This document shows, piece after piece, positions 15,507 to 25,400 of a DNA stretch of 48,990 nucleotides (positions are counted from its first letter, which is position 1; every line of letters starts with the position of its first letter). A program made the translations under genes and the position numbers. Below the pieces are notes generated by a model that worked only from the letters and a program-made list of their open reading frames with translations, was not told the DNA's origin and searched no databases. Source of the DNA: Octopus bimaculoides. Taxonomy: Eukaryota. Location of the stretch: contig NC_069001.1 of NCBI RefSeq assembly GCF_001194135.2, forward strand, positions 8,471,224 to 8,520,213. The letters are read 5' to 3'.

Positions 15507-16402
15507 GGAGAATTTACGAAAAAAACAAGACGAAGACAGGTGGTGTAAACAACAAATGGATATATTAGTTTAATGCTCGGAAATAGAGAAAGTCTTTGAC
15601 GTTTCGAGCCTACGCTCTTCAACTGAAAGGAACACAGAAAGAAATGAGAAAAACAAGGAGAAAACAAACATAAATGTAGTGGTCAGCGATCTATCATGGC
15701 AATATATATATGGGTTTTTTTATGCGCTTTTTTTTAAAGTCTAGCCAGGCTCATGGGACCGGTTTCCCGGTTTCTATGGCGTTTATATTCTGAATAGAAT
15801 ATAAACTGGATATACTATGACTAAAATATAGAATGGTCGTAGCTTGAACACCTTTGATTATTGATCTCTTGGATCAAGACTGAACATTTAAGAATGAATC
15901 CTACCTTGGAATCTGAAAGTTACTTTGACAATCCCCAAGATCTCCACTTTGTGCTCATAGTCATAGCTACCATCTAGCTTCTTCCTTTTCCGCCGTTTAA
16001 ACCGAAACAATAAGTTGTTGGTGTTGCTGCTATCTCCATAGGAGCTTTTACAATATGGGTCAGCAGGTCTCCAGCGAAGTTCCAATCTTTGGTTGGAATC
16101 AACATATCTCTAAAAGTAAAAGAAATAAATTTTGCTTTATATCTTATTAAGAGACACATGGCCATTTGTAACCACATTTCTAATGATAAACACTTTTATG
16201 TTTCAACTAATTTTGCAAATAATCGAGAATTTAAAGAGATTTAGTCAAATAAATAATTAAAAATTTCTCTAACAACATTTTGGTTGACTTGCAGCTATAA
16301 AAGACAACACTTGTCCAAAATACCATTCAGTGAGGTCAAACCTGGAACCATTTGGTTGCTCAGCAAATTTCTTAAATCACACTCCAAAGCTTCTGCCTAT
16401 GA

Positions 16403-16436
<34 letters not shown>

Positions 16437-18241
16437 AACCTGAGGCCAAGAATTAAACAAAATGAAGACATATTAAACAAATACTCCTTTAATCCTTACA
16501 ACACCATGAGGTCTGCTATTCAGTAGCCCATGCTACTAAAGATAACAACCAAAGTATTCCTCAAATCACACCCTTTCCACTATCATAAAAAGGAAATAAA
16601 GAACACAATGTTTAATGATATTATTGATTAACCTTTGATGTAAGCTTGATCTAACAGACCGATAAGCAAAGGCCCTCAAACCAAATCCATATGTCCCTTT
16701 TCTAAATACAGAGCAACTAGGTCTATATCATTCAATACACCATTTCTTTTTTGAAAACAGTAGGGTGTGGGTAGAGAGAGATTTGACTATTATTTCTAGC
16801 AGGCCAAAGGACCACATAGAGCCCCCATCCCCACTCATTTGCTTGCTGCCTCATTCCCATTGGATAATGTAGTTTCTGATGCACTGTCTCAATAAAAGAT
16901 GGGCTAGTCATGGCTGGAACATAGGTCTATCTTTGACCATAGATCTCTCAGCTCAATTAAGGGTTAAACAACACCAGGAGATAAGCCAATGAGAGAACAG
17001 CTATATGGTCACTCAATCTGCTAAAAATAGCAACTAAATCACTCTCGGAAATCACAACTGTTGTCTGGTCTTGTATGCATGTATGTATACACGTATGTGT
17101 GTGTGTTATTTTCAGTTTTATTTCTAGATTTCTTACCAATAGAGAAAGAACTGATTTTTAACCTAGAGCCAAGGTTTGGTTGCTGTTTCCTGCTCCTGGA
17201 TTGCAAAAAACATATGTATGTAATACGACAGAATAAAGATAAAATGGTCCTGTGTGCATTACAGGCAGAATCGGTAGAGTACCAGACAAAATACCTGCAG
17301 TATCTCGTTACAGCGCTACGCACAGAGTTCAAATTTTGGTCAACAAAATATAAAACAGTAAAGTACTGGAGGTGATTCAATATTCTTATAAAATAGCATA
17401 GACTTGAATTGAAATTTTATGAGACGATATACTGTATTCGATGACCTATGAAGCGCACATGAGTTTTCAAAAAAAATAACCCAGAAAACCCAACACGCAA
17501 ATTACAAAATTTCAGGGTTTAAGTTACTGGCAAGTTCGGGAAAGGGTCATCCAAAATTGAGATGTGTTATAGGAGCTCATGCAACTTATATGTCACCAAA
17601 TATAGTAATATATATAAGATATTAGTCATAAGAATTCCTACATTTTTAGCATTTATTGAGTGAAGTAAAACTCTTCTGTCGGTTTGTTTACATAACACTG
17701 TTCCTATAAAGAAACAGAATGGTCACGGTAAGAAAGCTTTTGTTCATGGGTTTGTCGGTTCGAAGTCGAAAGAACAACACGAGTAAATTTTGTTAGGAAT
17801 AAGATAAAGAATGCAGAAACAAAAGAAGAGGGGAAAAAGACAGATATGGGCATAATTAAAATCACCTGGATGACCAAATAGAAAGGAAGGGGGGGGAAGG
17901 ACCACCAACCTTATTTATTTCTTCCAGACCACCCAATGTCTCCATGGCTCGTGAAACATTCTTGATAATGCCAGGGTATTCGATGCAGACAACTTTGCGA
18001 TTTAATTTATCTGTGTTTATAGGAACAGATTCGTTTGGTAAATTACCGAAACAATCGGACAAACTACTCATTCTATAACTTTTTTCCATCTTTTTTGGTG
18101 TCTGAAATGACAAACTTTTAAATATGAGAATTCATTAGTAATTAAGGAAGGAATTAGTTTAGGTGAGTTCAATCATAGGATAAAAGAGAAAAAAACATTC
18201 AAAACATTTTTGCTATGTTATCAAATAAAATTCACCGCCAT
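3959..18241 (-). CDS. GTF3C5: General transcription factor IIIC subunit 5 (TFIIIC63/Tau95), spliced, 3'-incomplete; join of 18236-18241, 17910-18101, 15905-16109, 14930-15199, 11255-11391, 8867-9074, 8524-8693, 3959-4072 (434 codons)
   Basis: All junctions are GT-AG with matching phases. Family motifs: [98 protein letters not shown]. Confidence 0.95.
6590..6790. mobile_element. Probable Penelope-like element terminal fragment
   Basis: tgacgtttcgggcgtagcccttcgtcgg motif typical of PLE termini; homologous to 15540-15670. Confidence 0.5.
7575..7865 (+). mobile_element. Family B repeat (RTE LINE 3' end or derived SINE) ending in (GAT)n
   Basis: gtaaaagcacccactacactctcggagtggttggcgttaggaagggcatccagctgtagaaac...ccaacccatgctagcatggaaagcggac; recurs at 13598, 35923, 39083 and 48418. 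Confidence 0.8.
8524..8693 (-). CDS. GTF3C5: GTF3C5 exon [21 protein letters not shown]...KEEAE
   Basis: 170 nt, phase 1-0; KAKRS..Y.LP motif; absent from the ORF track because it has no Met. Confidence 0.88.
8867..9074 (-). CDS. GTF3C5: GTF3C5 exon [11 protein letters not shown]...DFRVRQ
   Basis: 208 nt; GPWR/GYDPR motifs; donor C|GTAAGT. Confidence 0.95.
9258..9635 (+). mobile_element. SINE family A copy
   Basis: Same head, body and tail as 27767-28159, more diverged. Confidence 0.8.
10235..10470 (+). mobile_element. Decayed RTE LINE ORF2 C-terminal fragment
   Basis: Translates with frameshift to MLYGSETW...[21 protein letters not shown]...[20 protein letters not shown]. Confidence 0.75.
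11255..11391 (-). CDS. GTF3C5: GTF3C5 exon [16 protein letters not shown]...QRLRE
   Basis: 137 nt, phase 1-0; IFVNFED motif; donor GAG|GTTAGT. Confidence 0.9.
11440..11830. repeat. Degenerate (ATC/ATT/CAC)n trinucleotide tract
   Basis: Low-complexity sequence; source of spurious poly-Met/Ile ORFs. Confidence 0.9.
13598..13830 (+). mobile_element. Family B repeat copy
   Basis: Homologous to 7575-7865. Confidence 0.78.
14930..15199 (-). CDS. GTF3C5: GTF3C5 exon GMVDFQYLP...HLIGT
   Basis: 270 nt, phase 1-1; acceptor ttttgcag, donor G|GTAAAT. Confidence 0.95.
15520..15670. mobile_element. Probable Penelope-like element terminal fragment
   Basis: tgacgtttcgagcctacgctcttcaactg; upstream flank aligns with the 6600-6660 copy. 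Confidence 0.5.
15905..16109 (-). CDS. GTF3C5: GTF3C5 exon [13 protein letters not shown]...TFRFQ
   Basis: 205 nt; acceptor ttttag, donor G|GTAGGA; RPADPYC motif. Confidence 0.93.
17910..18101 (-). CDS. GTF3C5: GTF3C5 exon TPKKMEK...GLEEINK
   Basis: 192 nt; VVCIEYPG motif; donor AAG|GTTGGT. Confidence 0.9.
18236..18241 (-). CDS. GTF3C5: GTF3C5 putative first coding exon (ATG GCG = Met-Ala)
   Basis: Minus strand reads ggctgcaATGGCG|GTGAAT; it joins in phase 0 to the acceptor tcatttcag|ACACCA at 18101. Confidence 0.6.
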
Positions 18242-19353
18242 TGCAGCCGGTCGTATTCTTATTCGTTTTTTTTTTCCCCGAGAATGGTATAACCAATATA
18301 ATTACGGTATTATTTACGTATTTGTTTGTTTACGAACTATTAGTTTCATGCAGTAAATAAAAACTATCGAAATGTATTGATTAAGCCAAATATCTTGAAA
18401 ATACGTTCTTTTCATTTCCAACATATATATATTCATTATATCAATATATTTGGAATATTATATTCGTAAAAATAACTCCTTAATTCCTTCTTAATTCTCT
18501 TATTCCGTTATTCCTTTATTTACTTATTCTTTCACTGATGTGAAATTGACAATATTTAGTTTTTTTAATATTTGATACATAAAACTTAATGACATTTTAA
18601 AAAGATATCTGATCTCAAATTTTATTTCTAAATGAAGCAAAATGACTTTAAAACTACAACAACAGATATTCCATTTAGAAGAATATGATTCTATTTTTAC
18701 AGATATTCCATTTAGAAGAATATGATTCTATTATTCCTCTTGCATACTTCAATTCTATATTATTGCTTTTCATCCGATTTTTGTGAAAAGAAACGCATAT
18801 AGAGAGGTAGAGAGAAACAACAATTTGCTTGAAAATAGCAGTCGAATCATCTTCAAATTGCACCGTGCCTTCTTAAAATAAAGAAATATCATATTGGATA
18901 ATGTAGGCCGAGATGCCCACTAGGCGATCTTTCGGATTTGCCCATTTGAAAATAAGACAGGATTGTCACGGCTGGAACGCCTTTGATCAGAGGTCTACAA
19001 ATTCAGAGCTGCATTTGGGTTACATACTAATATCGCGTGTGTGTGTGTGCGCGAGCGCGTTCGTGCAGTTTAGTCAGTGCTTCAAACAATAATACCGTGC
19101 GGTATTTACTTCCTCCCTTTAAAACACAAGTTGATTTTGTTTTTGTTTTTGTTTTTCTAAGTATTGGGCTCAATGTAATAAGAAAAGTTTGTGCCCCAGC
19201 ATGGCCACAGTCAAATGACTAAAAGCAGAAAATGAATAAACGGGTAACGAGTTTCTTTAGTTCGCTTGAGGGTCTTCGTGAAATATTGGTGGTAAAGAAA
19301 TTACGTCTGTTAAATACAACTGTGACCTGTGACCTCTCACGGTGATTCCGAAC
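18242..19353. promoter_or_regulatory. Bidirectional promoter interval, GTF3C5 / RPAP2
   Basis: About 1.1 kb between divergent start codons; CpG-containing patch tgcgcgagcgcgttcgtg near 19048-19065. Confidence 0.6.
18662..18732. repeat. Tandem duplication, 34 nt identical, period 37
   Basis: acagatattccatttagaagaatatgattctatt starts at 18662 and again at 18699. Confidence 0.95.
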
Positions 19354-19421
19354 ATGTCGGAGTTAAAAGAGTTGGATAAAGATAAAGAGAGGAAAACAGC
19401 AGCGGATGAGGAAGCAAAGAA
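19354..19421 (+). CDS. RPAP2: RPAP2 exon 1 MSELKELDK...EAK
   Basis: aacATGTCG start; donor AA|GTATAA; phase 2 matches exon 2. Confidence 0.75.
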
Positions 19422-22400
19422 GTATAATTATAGTTTCCATGATTTTACCTCTTTCTTCGTATCATTAATGTTTATTTAGCCTTATTAAACAGCTTCCGTT
19501 TTCTTGTTTAGCACCTGCTAAAGCCATATACAGACTGACCGACCAAGCTGTCCCAGCTATAAACCCCTCGATTTTGGTTTTAGGGATACCTTGGACTACA
19601 TTACCCTGTTTCGTTCCCTTTTTTAAGATGGTAGAGTGTACTTTAAGGGTTATTTGGCTGATATTTTTTAGCAAGCTCATAATCTAGTTTATATGTTGTT
19701 TACAGTATACCTACTCTATAATCGTGGAGGTGCAATGGCCCAGTGGTTAGGGCAGCGGACTCGCCGTCATAGGATCGCGGTTTCGATTGTTTATTGAGCG
19801 AAAACACCTAAAAGCTCCATCCTGTTTCTGTTGTACCTGTAATTCAAAGGGTCAGCCTTGTCACACTGAATATCCCCGAGAACTACGTTAAGGGTACGCG
19901 TATCTGTGGAGCGCTCAGCCACTTGCACGTTAATTTCACGAGCAGGCTGTTCCGTTGATCGGATCAACTGGAACCCTCAACGTCGTAAGCGACGGAGTGC
20001 CAACAACAATATTCTATAATTAGCTAGAAATTTACCTCTACTCTTCAGGTTAGCTCTGATCTAGCAGTTGTTCATAAGGAGGCATTCCAGCCATGAATGA
20101 CCATCCCATCTTTTTAGGGGTGCCTAGGAAAGTCTATATCACCTTTTTTAAGGCAGTGGTGTGTGATTTAGTTGTTATTTTCCGCACATCGAACAATCAT
20201 GTAGATCAGAAATAGCTTTTTGCTAGTATCAGCCTTATCAGAATAATTTCACAAACATCTATGTGTTACATAAAATACCGGGTCAAGCTAAAGCGTTTAG
20301 TTCAGCAAAAAGAAACTGATAGAATAAGTTGGAGTGCTCAGCCACTTGCATGTTAATTTAAGGGTACGCATATCTGTGGAATACTCAGCTACTTGCATGT
20401 TAATTTCACAAGCAGGCTGTTCCATTGATTGGATCAACTGGAACAGTCATTATCCATAACCAACAGAGTGCCAGCCACTCCAAATGTCATGCATGTGTAT
20501 GTTAATTTAAACAGTGTATCATAAACTCTCTACCCTGTACTGAGTACTTTTTCTTACCATATTTTACTGTTTTATTTTGCATTAGGAAAGAAATGGAAGA
20601 ACAGGTTAGGAAGCGGGTTGCATCTGAAGAGAGAGCTTTCCGCATTGTAATGAAGCTTGTTGAAGAAACCGTTACATTTGAGCAACTGAAAGACATGGTG
20701 GGTTGCTAAAGTTGTTCTTGTTTACTCTTTTATTCTTTTACATGTTTCAGTCATTTGAGCGTCACTTTGAATTTTTTAGTCAAATGAATCTACACCCAGT
20801 ACTTATTTTTTAAGCCTGGGGTCAATGTAATCAGTTTATTTCATCCCCAGAAACTGCTGGCCTTGTGCCAAAATTTGAAACCATTATTATTATTATTAAG
20901 GCATTGAGCTGGCAGAATTGTTAGCACGCTGGGCAAAATGCTTAGCGGTATTTCATCTGCCACAGCGTTCTGAGTTCAGTTTCCACCGAGGTCGACTTTG
21001 CCTTTTATCCTTTTGTGGTTAATTAAATACGTTCCAGTGAAACACTGGGGTCAATGTAATCGATTCATCTCCTCCCCTAAAATTGCTGCCCTTGTGACAA
21101 AATTTGAAACCGGGAGAAAGGGCTCTCAACCTGTTGACCAGACACCTGTGGCTTGTATGGGTTAGCGCCTCCCTCTTATCAAATGTTTACACGGACCCTT
21201 TTCTTTGCCAAACCCTTTGTTTATCATCTTGTGTTGTCCTTTAATGTTTTTGATTTATATTAGCCCTTGTGGGTAATAAAAAGAATTCATTATTATTATT
21301 ATTATTATCATCTTTTATTTCCAAGGCTCACTTCCTTATGCCTAACCATTACCATGACATTTGTGAAGAACGAGCAATTGTGAAACTTTGTGCTTATCCA
21401 ATTTGTGCGAATAATCTGCCGAACGTAAGTAAATATTTTCATATCACTGTCTGTTCTGTGTATGCATGTCTGTGTATGCATGTCTGTGTATGCATGCATG
21501 CATGTATGTGTGTGTGTGTGTGATATGCTGTTGTTGATTTTGTTGATCAAAAGAGTTCCAGTTGTGATCATCTATTTTCTTGCCTTCCTTTTCCTAAAAG
21601 ACAGTGATTTGATTTGAGGGGATTTTGCTGCTATTTCTAGTATGTTGCTGACTACACAGATGGCTGGATGTACTTGATAACTCATCAGATTTCATCAGAG
21701 AAAGCCACAGGTGTTAAAAATTCTGAGATGGAAATAACCTGGAAGTGAAGCTTTTCATGAAATGAGACACAAAATACTACTAAGCAGGCCCTCCCAAAGA
21801 AATTTGATGAAGTAGAACAAGTGTCTAATAAAGAAGTATGACCTGGGCTGTGGTAAATAGGAAACTGCTTCTGAAGCAACTGAGATTTCTTGGTCATATT
21901 ATGAGAGGGCCTGGAGAATTTAGTAATGACCAGAAAGATTGAAGGGTAAAGTAGCAGAGTAAGATGATATGGGTGTCAAGTTTGACAAACTGGTTGGAAG
22001 AAAGAGGGGTTTAACATCAGAAAGTGGGACTGTTACAGAAAAGAAAGAACAGAGAATTGTGGCTGAACATCATTACCTATGTCCTACATTCTGAGAGCGT
22101 AGCATGGACAGACAAAGTATCTAATGATGAAGAGATGGCCTGGGTTATGGTAAGTAGGAAACTGCTTCATGAGATTTCTTGGTCATGTGATGAGGAAAGA
22201 GGGCCTGTTTTAGTGATGGAGGAATTGCCTTCAAAGACATGATCGATTATATTGTTCCCCTGGTACTTACTTAATCGAATGGTACTTAGTTTACCAATCT
22301 TGGAATGATGTAAAACAAATGAAACTGGTCAAGATTTAAACTCAGAATGCAAAACTCTCTGCTCCCAAATACCATAATGTATTTTTGCATGACACTCCAC

Positions 22401-25400
22401 TAAATCAGCTGTCCCTATATTTCAGTAAGAAACTTAGAAATATAACATATCTATGTAATATTTTTTATTGCAGACAAAGCCTAGTAAATATCACATATCA
22501 ACCAAAACCAATAAAGTCTACGACATTACCGAACGTAAGGTAAGAAACTTATTGTACCTATTGTTTTTTTATTTATGAGTAACTTCATTATAAGCATAGC
22601 TGAGTTCATTTTGCAACCATGAGCTCTCAGCTTTGACTTATCATCATGTTAAAATAATACTTTAACATCCACTTTTCAATGCTTATTGAAGCAGATTTTC
22701 TATATTTTGATGCCCTTCCTGTCACTAACCTTTGCCTGTTTTCAAGCAAGGTGATTGTCATGTACCCTATTTACATTAGTTGAACTGGTGCCATCATCTT
22801 GATTATTACTTTCACTACATTTCAGCTGTTGTACACTCCAGCTTTCTTCAGGTGTCTTGTGATGATTATATATGGGCTTTTTTGCAGTTTTTGTCTACCA
22901 AATCCACTCACAAGGATTTGGTCAGCCCAAGGTTATAATAGAACCAAAGTGCCACACCCTTGGGACTGAGCCCACGACCATGTGATTGGGAAGCAAACTT
23001 CTTAACCACAGGGCTACACCTGCAACTACATGGCCATGCCAGCACCTACTACACAAAACCTTGTGCAAGTGTCTTCACATAAGACTCAGTTCAACCCAAA
23101 CCTAGTGAGTGAAACTGGTTAGACAGAAACTGTGTGGAAGCCTTCCACTTAATGGTTTGGCAAAAGTGACTGAATAAGTACCTGACTTTAAAAAAAAAAA
23201 ATAAGCTCTGAGGTTGATCTGCTCAACTAAAACCCTTCAAGGTAGTGCCCCAGCATGACTGCAGTGCAATGATTGAAACAAGTAAAAAATAAAGGATATA
23301 TATTTTGTTTTTGCTTTGTTTATAATGTTTGATTACTTTTCGTTTTGTATTCGTCTTTCTTTCTTTCCAACTTGTCAGATTTTCTGCAGCAATCGCTGTT
23401 TCAAGCATTCAAAAATCTTTGAGAAACAGATTCTGACATCTCCTTTATGGTTTCGTCCCAAAGAAAAGCCTGCCGATTTCCGTGTTCCAGATACAGAAAA
23501 TGACAAGTAAGTATGTACTCACCATTTACACAAGTTTTAAGGAACCAACAGTGGAATCTCTATGTCAGATGATTTCAGTCATAGTGTTGCAACATGCTTG
23601 TGTGCCACATATGTTATACAGATATGGCACACTTTTTTGAAGCAAGTTAGAAAATGCAAGCATATTCAGAAAACTTTAGCATTTTTAACCCTTTTGATAC
23701 CAACCCAGCTGAAACCACCTCTGGCTCTGTAGTACAAATGTCTTCTTTCCAAAAGTTCTGAATTAAAATCTTCCACCAAACCTTAGTCACAATTTATGTT
23801 CCTAACACTAGCTGAATGATAACTAAGTTATTTTACTAAATTCTTTGTTATGTTTACATCTAAATTCTTCTTATGGTCAGTTTTTCTTTCAGCACATTTG
23901 TTCTTTGTCATTCATACATATTTACATTGCACAGGATGGTTGATCACCTCTCTCTCTCTATCTCTCTCATTCCTCCTACTTCCTCACCACAGCCGTTACC
24001 CACCTCCACTACATTCATTAAACCTAATGTTTTCTTTTAAATTTTATATATATATATATATTTTTCTTTTTGCAGAGGCTGGGTTGGATATGAAGTCATT
24101 AGTAAAAAAAGTAACGTGTTCAATAAAACTAATATCTCTGAAGAGGATACCATAATTGATGCTGAAGAGGAAGAGGACAGCAGAGGTGTTGTGTCGATCT
24201 TGGATCAGCAGGACTGGTTAGATGAGCTTCATGACAATCTCTATAGACCTCAGCCAAACATTTCAAAACTCTCAACTAAAGATTCTGACATTGAGGAAGA
24301 TCCACTTCAACATGTAAATTATGAAGATGGTTCCGATGGGGATTTCTTACAATCTGAAGGATCAGATGAAGAAAACGGTTCTTCTACAGATAAAAGAATT
24401 CTAGAGCGACTTCAAGGTAATCTCTCCGAATTAGGAAATTTTTATTCAGATGAAACTGATTCTGATGATGACAAGACTTCAGTTACCTTAGTGACTACTT
24501 CAAGAAAAAAAAAGACGGAAGTACCAAAGAAAGGGAAAAGCTGCCAGCCACATCTATTGTCTGCATCTGAGGTTTCTAACAATAAAACAAAATCTACTGA
24601 ACCACATTCTCAAATAAACCAGTTACAAATGTTGCTTGATAAACAGAAAAACAAACTGTCACAGTTTGTAAACCCCGTTTCATTAGTTAACAATGAACCA
24701 GAATCACAGAGAACTAACAAAGAAGGGAACTACATATGCAGACACCACTCTTCAGATTCTCAGACATCAGACACAGTAACTGTTTGCTCAAATTCTTCAC
24801 CTTCAACTAAAGACAATTCCAAAAGTAGTAATGTTAGTAATAATACAAATCATCAACGGCCACGAGATAAAATAATCAATTTTGTTCACTCGTGGATTAC
24901 TCCAAAATCGCTTAGCTTCTTAGGTTTATCAAGCTCTGAAGAACAACCTGACCCCTCAAATGATTCTGCTTCAAAAGCCACCTCAGACTTTTCAAAACTC
25001 TGTGAAAGAGTTGCTATTCAAGGTCAAGATTTTGAACTCCTGCTTGATGATCATGTTCCTGGGAAAGACATTCTTCCTAAGAAGTCATTACCATCTTATG
25101 AAAATCTTCAGAAAGAAACAGAAAACTATTCCTTTAAAGTCAAGGAATATTTTAAACCACCACCAAAGAAAAAGGTTTGATTTTTACTTATGTTTTCTTT
25201 TTGATATTTTTTGAAGCATCTGATTCAAGACAAGACCCCTATTATTTTCCATGATTAGTGGTTAAAAATCTCAAAATTCTTCTTTCAGATTGATGAGAAT
25301 GAATCAAGTCTGGTGCTGCCAAATGTTGATTCTTATTCTCAAGTAACCCTTAGAAGATCTATTTTCTTGCAACAACTTGGCAAAAGGTAAGTAGCTGTTC

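Noticed and set aside
19724-19790. tRNA gene, or TFIIIC autoregulatory B-box near the GTF3C5 promoter
   Set aside because: It is a SINE head with no acceptor stem, the B-box is truncated by a deletion, and such boxes occur throughout the window.
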